The position numbers were made by a program, and so were the translations under genes. Source: Mixta calida (GTDB lineage Bacteria > Pseudomonadota > Gammaproteobacteria > Enterobacterales > Enterobacteriaceae). From it: a DNA stretch of 40,000 bases. Under the pieces are notes generated by a model. That model made no database searches. It was not told where the DNA came from and saw only the letters and a list, made by a program, of their open reading frames with translations. The stretch lies in assembly GCF_002953215.1 (NCBI RefSeq), contig NZ_CP026378.1:624540-664539 (forward strand). Reading direction: 5' to 3'. Below are positions 26,490-33,573 of this stretch, in pieces; the stretch's first letter is position 1; each line of letters begins with the position of its first letter.

Positions 26490-28823
26490 ATGAAAATGAC
26501 CGTATCAGACGCGGCAAAAGCCGCCCGGGGCCACTGGCCCCGCATTCTGCCCGCACTGGGCCTGAACGTGGTGAAGAACCGCCACATGCCGTGCCCGGTG
26601 TGCGGCGGCACCGACCGCTTCCGCTTTGACGACCAGGAGGGGCGCGGCACCTGGCTCTGCAACCAGTGCGGGGCCGGTGACGGCATGGACCTGGTGAAAA
26701 AGGCGCTGCGCATTAACCTGACCGAGGCCGCCGCGCGCGTGAACGGCCTGACCGGCAACCTGCCGCCGGTGGATGATACTGCCGTTGCCCCTGCAGACGC
26801 CGAAGATGATGAAGCGGCACGCGAAACTGCCGCCGCGCTGGCCCAGGAGCTGGTAAGCAGCGCCCGTGAAGCCGCCGGTAACGCCTACCTGTCTCACAAG
26901 GGCTGGCCTGAGCAGTCCTGTCTGACGCTGACGAAGCCGCAGAAGATAGCGATAACCATCTACCGTCCCGGCGACATGATGGTGCCGCTGCATGACATGA
27001 GCGGTCAGCTGGTTAACGTGCAGCTCATTAACGCGGAGGGCGTCAAGCGCACCCTGAAGGGCGGACAGGTTAAAGAGGCCTGCCACATTTTTGGCAGCGG
27101 AAAACCGGCAAAACGCATCTGGCTGACCGAGGGATACGCCACCGGCCTGACGGTGCATAACCTGAGCGGCGATGAGGTGTGGGTTGCCCTGTCGTCCTCT
27201 AATCTTCTTTCCCTGGCTGGCCTGGCGCGGGAGAAACACGCCACGCTGCCGCTGCTGATTGCCGCCGACCGGGACCTGAACGGCGACGGCCAGCGGAAGG
27301 CGCAGAAGGCCGCTGAAGCCTGCAACGCCACGGTGGCGCTGCCGCCGGTGTTTGGTGACTGGAACGATGCGTACACGCAGCAGGGCGAAGCAGTTACCCG
27401 GCAGGCCCTGCGTGAGGCCGCCGTACCGCCTGCGGCCAGTCCGTTTGACGTGATGAGCGAGGCGGAGTTTACCGCCATGAGCGCCAGCGAGAAGGCAGAG
27501 CGCGTGGCGGAGCATTACCGCAGCAATCTTGCCGTGGACGCCAGCGGGGAGATTCTCTGTCGCTACGAGGCAGGCGCCTGGAAGGTGATTTCCGGTAACC
27601 AGTTCGGGCGCGACGTGGCGCAGCTGTTCCAGCGCCTGCGCGCGCCGTTCTCAGCGGGCAAAATCGCGGGCGTGGTGGACACGCTGAAGCTGATGCTGCC
27701 GCAGCAGGCCGCACCACAGCGTCAGCTTATCGGCTTTCGCAACGGCGTACTCGATACGCGCACCGGCCTCTTCAGCCCGCACCGCCGGGAAAACTGGCTG
27801 CGCACCGTCAGCGACGTGGACTATACCCGCCCGGTAGAGGGCGAAACGCTGGAGCGCCACGCGCCGCACTTCTGGCAGTGGCTGGACCGTGCCGCCGGGC
27901 GTAACGCGGAGAAACGCGACATCATTCTGGCCGCGCTGTTTATGGTGCTGGCGAACCGCTACGACTGGCAGCTGTTTCTGGAGGTGACCGGTCCCGGCGG
28001 CAGCGGCAAAAGCATTATGTCAGATATCGCCACCATGCTGGCCGGTGCGGATAATGCCACCTCCGCGACCATCGAGACGCTGGAATCGTCGCGTGAGCGC
28101 GCGTCCGTTATCGGCTACTCACTGATTATTCTGCCGGACCAGGAGAAGTGGAGCGGCGACGGCGCGGGCCTCAAGGCGATTACCGGCGGTGATGCGGTGT
28201 CCGTGGACCCGAAGTACAAAGACGCCTACTCCACGCACATCCCGGCGGTGATTCTGGCCGTGAACAACAACCCGATGCGCTTTACCGACCGCAGCGGGGG
28301 CGTGTCGCGCCGCCGGGTGATCCTGCATTTCCCGGAAATCATCCCGGCAAACGAGCGCGACCCGCAGCTGAAGGAAAAGATACAGTCAGAGCTGGCCGTT
28401 ATCGTGCGCCAGCTGATGCAGCGCTTCAGGGACCCGCAGGACGCCCGCAGGCTGCTTCAGTCGCAGCAGAACTCCGGCGAGGCGATGCGCATCAAGCGCG
28501 ACGCTGACCCGATGGTGGACTTCTGCGGCTACCTGTTTGCCACCGCTGAGCCGACTGGCCTGCACATGGGCAACGCCAGCATCCGCCCGTTACAGCCCAG
28601 GCGCTACCTCTATCACGCCTATCTCGCGTATATGGAAGCCAACGGCTACCGCAACCCGCTCAGCATGAAATCATTCAGCCAGGCACTGGAAAGTATCCTG
28701 CGTGAGTACGGCCTGAACTACCTGAAGCGGCGCACGAAAACAGGAATACAGACCAACCTCGACCTGACGGATGAAAGCAGCACTGACTGGCTGCCGAAGT
28801 GTGACGATCCGGCAGCAGCCTGA
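26490..28823 (+). CDS. P4 alpha-type primase-helicase replication protein
   Basis: I prefer the start at Met31 of the ORF (GAGGGA upstream), giving 777 aa, the length I recall for P4 alpha. Zinc ribbon CPVCGGTDRFRFDD...CNQCG, a TOPRIM-like EGYATG...ADRDLNGDGQ and a D5-type helicase Walker A GPGGSGKS. Confidence 0.92.
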   Translation: MKMTVSDAAKAARGHWPRILPALGLNVVKNRHMPCPVCGGTDRFRFDDQEGRGTWLCNQCGAGDGMDLVKKALRINLTEAAARVNGLTGNLPPVDDTAVAPADAEDDEAARETAAALAQELVSSAREAAGNAYLSHKGWPEQSCLTLTKPQKIAITIYRPGDMMVPLHDMSGQLVNVQLINAEGVKRTLKGGQVKEACHIFGSGKPAKRIWLTEGYATGLTVHNLSGDEVWVALSSSNLLSLAGLAREKHATLPLLIAADRDLNGDGQRKAQKAAEACNATVALPPVFGDWNDAYTQQGEAVTRQALREAAVPPAASPFDVMSEAEFTAMSASEKAERVAEHYRSNLAVDASGEILCRYEAGAWKVISGNQFGRDVAQLFQRLRAPFSAGKIAGVVDTLKLMLPQQAAPQRQLIGFRNGVLDTRTGLFSPHRRENWLRTVSDVDYTRPVEGETLERHAPHFWQWLDRAAGRNAEKRDIILAALFMVLANRYDWQLFLEVTGPGGSGKSIMSDIATMLAGADNATSATIETLESSRERASVIGYSLIILPDQEKWSGDGAGLKAITGGDAVSVDPKYKDAYSTHIPAVILAVNNNPMRFTDRSGGVSRRRVILHFPEIIPANERDPQLKEKIQSELAVIVRQLMQRFRDPQDARRLLQSQQNSGEAMRIKRDADPMVDFCGYLFATAEPTGLHMGNASIRPLQPRRYLYHAYLAYMEANGYRNPLSMKSFSQALESILREYGLNYLKRRTKTGIQTNLDLTDESSTDWLPKCDDPAAA

Positions 28824-28830
28824 CTACCCG

Positions 28831-28853
28831 AACCGGCGAAAGCCGGTTTTTTT
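28831..28853 (+). terminator. Rho-independent terminator of alpha
   Basis: aaccggc-gaaa-gccggtt followed by tttttt, starting 8 nt after the stop codon. Confidence 0.8.
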
Positions 28854-28861
28854 ACGCCCAT

Positions 28862-28963
28862 CGTTCATCCGGGGTGAAGGGTATACGTCACCCTTCACTC
28901 ATGCATCACCAGATAACTTGCTGATATATAATAATAAATTTCATGGATGAACAGTGTGAAGGA
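28862..28963. repeat. crr-like second iteron cluster
   Basis: Degenerate TGTTCACC-family copies in both orientations: cgttcatc at 28862, ggtgaagg at 28873, ccttcac at 28892, gcatcacc at 28903, gatgaaca at 28947 and tgtgaagg at 28956. Includes the palindrome gtgaagggt-atacgtc-acccttcac. It lies ~4.2 kb from the ori-like cluster with alpha in between. Confidence 0.45.
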
Positions 28964-29100
28964 TTATTTATAAAATCTTTTTTTATGCTGCTTTTTCGAG
29001 CCAGCATTTCCAGGTGTAATTACACAATCTCAAATTTTGATTGTGGACGAATATTAATCCGGTAGATATGGTATTGATACAGCCATAAATGAGGTGCGAA

Positions 29101-29544
29101 ATGGATACAGTTGAAGAGCTAGGCGGCACATATTTTTACAAAGGAATGTTTAATCTCACCGCAGGGGAGCTTTTTTTCTTCGTGTTTTTGGATGAGGCTC
29201 AAAAACAACTTGGTGTAGAGGATATAGCTACATTAGCACTGATAATTTTAGGTCAGCCAACCCAAAGTACGCGAGCGAAACCAGCCGGGACGACGAAAGG
29301 AACGTCAATCTTGAGCGCAAATCTTCGCGTTTGGTTAAAAATCAGGGTACACCGCTGGCCTACCCTTACAACTGAGAGCATTAAACGGCTAAAGTTTACT
29401 TACGTTAATAATCTGGGTGCTTTTGCTGGACGCTGGATACCTATACTTGGGATAGGTTTTATAATGAATGATGTGACTCAAATCGCATGGAAAACGACCC
29501 ATAACTATAACCTGATTGCAAAGAAAGGTGACAAGCTATGGTAA
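29101..29544 (+). CDS. Hypothetical protein resembling the 'STM2901 family'
   Basis: I prefer the start at 29101 (GAGG 6 nt upstream), giving 147 aa. Two hydrophobic stretches (GELFFFVFL...TLALIILG; WIPILGIGFIM). Family name recalled from memory only. Confidence 0.45.
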   Translation: MDTVEELGGTYFYKGMFNLTAGELFFFVFLDEAQKQLGVEDIATLALIILGQPTQSTRAKPAGTTKGTSILSANLRVWLKIRVHRWPTLTTESIKRLKFTYVNNLGAFAGRWIPILGIGFIMNDVTQIAWKTTHNYNLIAKKGDKLW

Positions 29545-29888
29545 AAGACACGACAGAAAGCGCTGTTTTGGAATGGTATGACAATAACTATAATTCTAAA
29601 CCTCTTTTCTCAAGAGAGAAGCCTGAGTTAACGCTTGAAACCAGCCTATCGACAGGAAAATATCCCTGGGCCAGGGAAACAGGTGATGAAATTATGAAAG
29701 ATTATTTTGAACGTTTTAATGTTGATAATAGCGAATTCGACTTTATTGCATATTGGCCTTATGAAAAAGGTTTGCTGCCTAACTTCTTAAGACCTAAATC
29801 TCAAAAAATCCCCAATGTTGAACCAAAGCCTCTGACGCTTCGTATGCTCATTGAATCAGCAAAAGCTGGTCGTTGGCTTTTCAGCTAA
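29538..29888 (+). CDS. DUF1493-like protein
   Basis: 116 aa (the family is ~115 aa). Overlaps the upstream gene by 7 nt. Trp/Tyr/acidic-rich: LEWYDNNYN...DYFERFNVDNSEFDFIAYWPYE. Assignment from memory. Confidence 0.5.
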   Translation: MVKDTTESAVLEWYDNNYNSKPLFSREKPELTLETSLSTGKYPWARETGDEIMKDYFERFNVDNSEFDFIAYWPYEKGLLPNFLRPKSQKIPNVEPKPLTLRMLIESAKAGRWLFS

Positions 29889-30113
29889 TTGGCTTAACAA
29901 CATCTCCCTGTCGGGAAGTATATTCTGCGGTTAGGTTCCGTTCATCGGATCCTAACCCATAAGCCGGAAAAGTTTGCTAAAAGAGTATTTTTCAATCGCA
30001 TAGAGCATCTGGCAGCAGACGATCGCTTAAAAAAATCAGGGGGCACAAAAGGGGGCATTTAATAATTTGTTTTTTACAATTACATTATAAAACAAAAGCT
30101 TAAATGATTGTTT

Positions 30114-30132
30114 GAGTCCGGCCTTCGCACCA
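30114..30132 (+). repeat. attR of the P4-like satellite: direct repeat of the leuX 3' end
   Basis: gagtccggccttcgcacca against tRNA 19562-19581 gagtccggccttcggcacca, identical apart from one deleted G. Confidence 0.8.
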
Positions 30133-30145
30133 TCGGAACATCAAT

Positions 30146-30169
30146 AGACGTCAACGGACGTCTTTTTTT
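30146..30169 (+). terminator. Hairpin plus U-tract directly after the displaced tRNA 3'-end copy
   Basis: agacgtc-aacg-gacgtct followed by a T-run to 30169. It looks like a tRNA-gene terminator carried along with the repeat. Confidence 0.6.
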
Positions 30170-30330
30170 GTGCCTGAAATCCAGTATCCGCAAGGCTTTC
30201 CTCGCTTTTTCACTCAACCTAAGTCAACCTGATTCAATCTACATCAACTTACTGATGCGGGTACAACTGCGGGTATATCCCGGTTCGATAATGTTTGTAC
30301 CCACACAGAACCCTTGAAAGGATACTCATC

Positions 30331-31506
30331 ATGGCTCTGAGTGATGTGAAGGTTCGTTCGGCAAAGCCGGAAGCAAAAGCCTATAAGCTTACCGATGGTG
30401 ACGGCATGGTATTGTTGGTTCACCCGAATGGCTCGAAATACTGGCGGCTTCGTTATCGCTTTGGCGGTAAAGAGAAGATGCTGGCGTTGGGGAAATATCC
30501 TGAAGTTTCGCTGGCGGATGCCAGGGCACGCAGGGATGAGGCCCGTAAGCTATTAGCTAATGGTGTCGATCCCAGTGAGAATAAGAAAGCCGTTAAGGTA
30601 GAGCAGGAGCAAGAGGCGATAACGTTTGAAGTGGTCGCCAGAGGCTGGCATGCCAGCAATCAGAAGTGGTCTACATCGCACAGTGCCCGTGTTTTGAAAA
30701 GCCTTGAAGATAATCTCTTTGCTGCTATTGGTAAGCGGAACATTGCGGAGCTGAAGACACGAGATTTGCTTGTACCCATTAAGGCGGTGGAATCATCCGG
30801 ACGACTCGAAGTTGCCGCCCGTTTACAACAGCGTACTACCGCGATTATGCGCTTTGCTGTGCAGAGCGGCTTAATCGACTATAACCCCGCGCAAGAGATT
30901 GCCGGTGCGGTTGCTACGGCGAAAAGACAGCATCGTGCTGCATTGGAACTTAACCGCATTCCTGAATTACTTCACCGCATCGATCACTACTCTGGCAGAC
31001 CGTTAACCCGACTGGCTGTCGAACTCACGTTGTTAGTTTTCATCCGTTCAAGCGAACTGCGTTTTGCCCGCTGGTCAGAAGTGGATTTTGATACTGCCAT
31101 GTGGACGATTCCAGGGGAGCGTGAACCGCTGGAAGGCGTTAAACATTCTCAGCGTGGTTCAAAGATGCGGACTCCACATCTTGTTCCTTTGTCGCGGCAG
31201 GCTCTGGCTATTTTGGAAAAGATCAAAAGCATGAATGGGAACCGTGACCTGATCTTCGTAGGAGGTCACGATCCGCGTAAACCCATGAGTGAGAACACGG
31301 TGAACAAGGCTCTACGAGTGATGGGTTATGACACAAAAACAGAAGTATGTGGACATGGTTTCAGGACGATGGCTTGTAGCTCATTGATTGAGTCGGGGCT
31401 GTGGTCGAGGGATGCGGTGGAGCGGCAGATGAGTCACCAGGAGCGTAGCTCTGTTCGAGCAGCTTACATCCACAAGGCGGGTGATGCTGCCAACTTACTG
31501 ATTTAG
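30331..31506 (+). pseudogene. P4-family tyrosine integrase, C-terminally truncated by IS1
   Basis: MALSDVKVRSAKPEAKAYKLTDGDGM...GSKYWRLRYR...HGFRTMACS...VRAAYIHKA is native up to 31479. The last 9 codons (GDAANLLI*) are read from the IS1 left end. About 30 C-terminal residues are missing relative to the 422-aa paralog at 19746. Confidence 0.8.
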
Positions 31507-31534
31507 TGTATGATGGTGTTTTTGAGGTGCTCCA

Positions 31535-31810
31535 GTGGCTTCTGTTTCTATCACCTGTCCCTCCTGTTCAGCTACTGACGGGGTGGTGCGTAACGGCAAA
31601 AGCACTGCCGGACATCAGCGCTATCTCTGCTCTCACTGCCGTAAAACATGGCAACTGCAGTTCACTTACACCGCTTCTCAACCCGGTACGCACCAGAAAA
31701 TCATTGATATGGCCATGAATGGCGTTGGATGCCGGGCAACCGCCCGCATTATGGGCGTTGGCCTCAACACGATTTTACGTCACTTAAAAAACTCAGGCCG
31801 CAGTCGGTAA
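31535..31810 (+). CDS. insA: IS1 InsA
   Basis: 91 aa, [43 protein letters not shown]..., canonical InsA. Confidence 0.93.
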   Translation: MASVSITCPSCSATDGVVRNGKSTAGHQRYLCSHCRKTWQLQFTYTASQPGTHQKIIDMAMNGVGCRATARIMGVGLNTILRHLKNSGRSR

Positions 31811-32232
31811 CCTCGCGCATACAGCCGGGCAGTGACGTCATCGTCTGCGCGGAAATGGACGAACAGTGGGGCTATGTCGGGGCTAAATCGCGCCAGCGCT
31901 GGCTGTTTTACGCGTATGACAGGCTCCGGAAGACGGTTGTTGCGCACGTATTCGGTGAACGCACTATGGCGACGCTGGGGCGTCTTATGAGCCTGCTGTC
32001 ACCCTTTGACGTGGTGATATGGATGACGGATGGCTGGCCGCTGTATGAATCCCGCCTGAAGGGAAAGCTGCACGTAATCAGCAAGCGATATACGCAGCGA
32101 ATTGAGCGGCATAACCTGAATCTGAGGCAGCACCTGGCACGGCTGGGACGGAAGTCGCTGTCGTTCTCAAAATCGGTGGAGCTGCATGACAAAGTCATCG
32201 GGCATTATCTGAACATAAAACACTATCAATAA
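31729..32232 (+). CDS. insB: IS1 InsB reading frame (expressed as the InsAB' transposase by -1 frameshift)
   Basis: Canonical InsB sequence ...[29 protein letters not shown]... The frame overlaps insA at the A6C motif. Confidence 0.88.
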   Translation: MPGNRPHYGRWPQHDFTSLKKLRPQSVTSRIQPGSDVIVCAEMDEQWGYVGAKSRQRWLFYAYDRLRKTVVAHVFGERTMATLGRLMSLLSPFDVVIWMTDGWPLYESRLKGKLHVISKRYTQRIERHNLNLRQHLARLGRKSLSFSKSVELHDKVIGHYLNIKHYQ

Positions 32233-32249
32233 GTTGGAGTCATTACCTG

Positions 32250-33044
32250 TCGCCTGTACAGCTGGCGGCCGTACTTTCAGACAAGACAGTAACGGAAGCC
32301 GAGACTATCAGTAACAGACTGCTTGGTGGATTAGGCGTTTTGCTTGGCGGCGTTGAAATGGCCGGAGCAGCAACGTTATGTATAGCGCCAGAGCCAACTG
32401 GTCTGACTAAAGCAGGATGTATGGTCGTTGGCGCTCATAGCCTGGATAGCGTACATGCCGCAGCTCAGCAGATGATATCCGGTAGGGATACGCGTTCAGC
32501 TACATATCAGTTAGCAGTGAGCGCAGCCCGACAGCTAGGGGCTGATGAAGATACAGCATTAAAAATAGGCATGACGGTTGATATTGCTGTTCCGATTGGA
32601 TTTGCAATAGTTATTGGCGCAGCAAGAGTCGCAGCTGTCAAAGCTGGCCGTGTCAGGCTGATCGAGCATGAATCCTTAACCGGATTAAAACCGGGCGGTC
32701 ATACTCTGGCAAATCATGTAGGCAAAACAGACAGTGAACTGTTGGCTCGATTTGAACAAAATAAGCGGCTCATGATGTCGTCAACATTTAAAAATCTGAA
32801 TGTTGCTGAGAGCGTTATTTCACGGGCGCTTTATATTAACCGGGATGGTATCAAATCTGCATTAGCTGGCGGTAAGCGAGGTGTACGTCTTACTATCAAC
32901 TATCCTGCCGGACGTGAAATAGGATATGGATATGCCCGTGGAAATACCCAGCGAATAAACATGTACGCTGTACGTATTGTTATTGATATTCAGGAATATA
33001 AAGGGAAACCTTATTATATTCTTACCGCCTTCCCGACCCCATAG
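32250..33044 (+). pseudogene. 3' fragment of a polymorphic toxin gene (CdiA/Rhs-type), C-terminal RNase-A-like (BECR-type) toxin domain
   Basis: The frame is open right up to the IS1 right end (SPVQLAAVLSDKTV...) with no credible start, so it is the C-terminus of a larger protein. A glycine-zipper/hydrophobic pre-toxin region is followed by GGHTLANHVGKTDSELLARF..., which resembles the bacterial CdiA-CT RNase A-like domain (from memory). Confidence 0.65.
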
Positions 33045-33051
33045 GTGAGTT

Positions 33052-33351
33052 ATGCAAAGTTTTTATCACCTTGATCAATTGATTCAGGGCTATTTTAATC
33101 AGGATCACGACATCATTAATGATGATAAGGACACGGTTGAAGGCATCATCGGATTGTTCATAAAAGCTGCGCCGGAATGGATGTTGAAAGAGCTGATAGA
33201 AGAAGTCGATGATTTTATAGACAGCTATAAAGGGCATCTGAATGAGGAGTTTAAAAACCGATATGGCTACGATTTTTCACCGGAGCTTTGGGAAACGACA
33301 GCTTATGACTTCTTGATAACGGTGCGCAGACTGGCGCTTAGCAGCATGTAA
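33052..33351 (+). CDS. Cognate immunity protein (CdiI-like)
   Basis: 99-aa acidic protein starting 8 nt after the toxin stop. The N-terminal pattern LDQLIQGYFNQDHD... and ...ELIEEVDDFI... resembles the 'contact-dependent growth inhibition system immunity protein' family. Confidence 0.65.
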   Translation: MQSFYHLDQLIQGYFNQDHDIINDDKDTVEGIIGLFIKAAPEWMLKELIEEVDDFIDSYKGHLNEEFKNRYGYDFSPELWETTAYDFLITVRRLALSSM

Positions 33352-33439
33352 GCGCCAGCCATTCTACGTGCTCTCATAAAAAATAGGGGAGCGCAAACGG
33401 GAGCATTGAAGGCTTTTTTATTAGCTTATATCGTGAGGC

Positions 33440-33459
33440 GAGTCCGACCTCCGCATCCA
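33440..33459 (+). repeat. Degenerate third copy of the leuX 3' end (outer island boundary)
   Basis: gagtccgacctccgcatcca against tRNA gagtccggccttcggcacca, 16/20 matches. It is preceded at 33379-33410 by aaaaaataggggagcgcaaacgggagcattg, which aligns with aaaaaatcagggggcacaaaagggggcattt at 30031-30060. Confidence 0.55.
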
Positions 33460-33573
33460 CAGAACGCCAACAGACCTTTCCCTCTTTATTTCCCACCCTC
33501 CTAAACTGGCCTTTCACCAAAAACTGGCGTATGAATAACGGCATTTCGAACAATAAATCAGCAAGGAATCGCT

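Larger units (their letters stand above)
19582..30132. mobile_element. P4-like phage satellite (P2-helper-dependent type) integrated at leuX
   Basis: Starts immediately after the tRNA and ends at a 19/20 copy of the tRNA 3' end (30114-30132). Gene content: int, cargo, cos-like site, ogr/delta-psu-sid, TGT-N12-ACA boxes, TGTTCACC iterons, alpA and the 777-aa alpha primase-helicase. At ~10.5 kb it is close to P4's 11.6 kb. Confidence 0.85.
31480..32247 (+). mobile_element. IS1 insertion sequence (768 bp)
   Basis: Left end GGTGATGCTGCCAACTTACTGAT and right end ...ATCAATAAGTTGGAGTCATTACC. Exactly 768 bp. insA/insB are present with the A6C slippery site at 31786-31792. Confidence 0.97.
30133..33459. 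mobile_element. Decayed second leuX-type integrative island (remnant)
   Basis: Begins after att copy 2 with its own P4-type integrase. It is interrupted by IS1 and ends at a 16/20 degenerate third copy of the tRNA 3' end, which is preceded by a decayed copy of the satellite right-end sequence. Confidence 0.55.

Noticed and set aside
26069-28328. Minus-strand ORFs (229, 336, 157, 82, 72 and 69 aa) inside the alpha region
   Set aside because: These are antisense shadows of the alpha primase-helicase gene and its upstream ORFs.
30108-30317. 69-aa ORF starting at TTG within the att repeat
   Set aside because: It spans the att copy, a terminator hairpin and the integrase promoter and arm-site region, with no coding signal.
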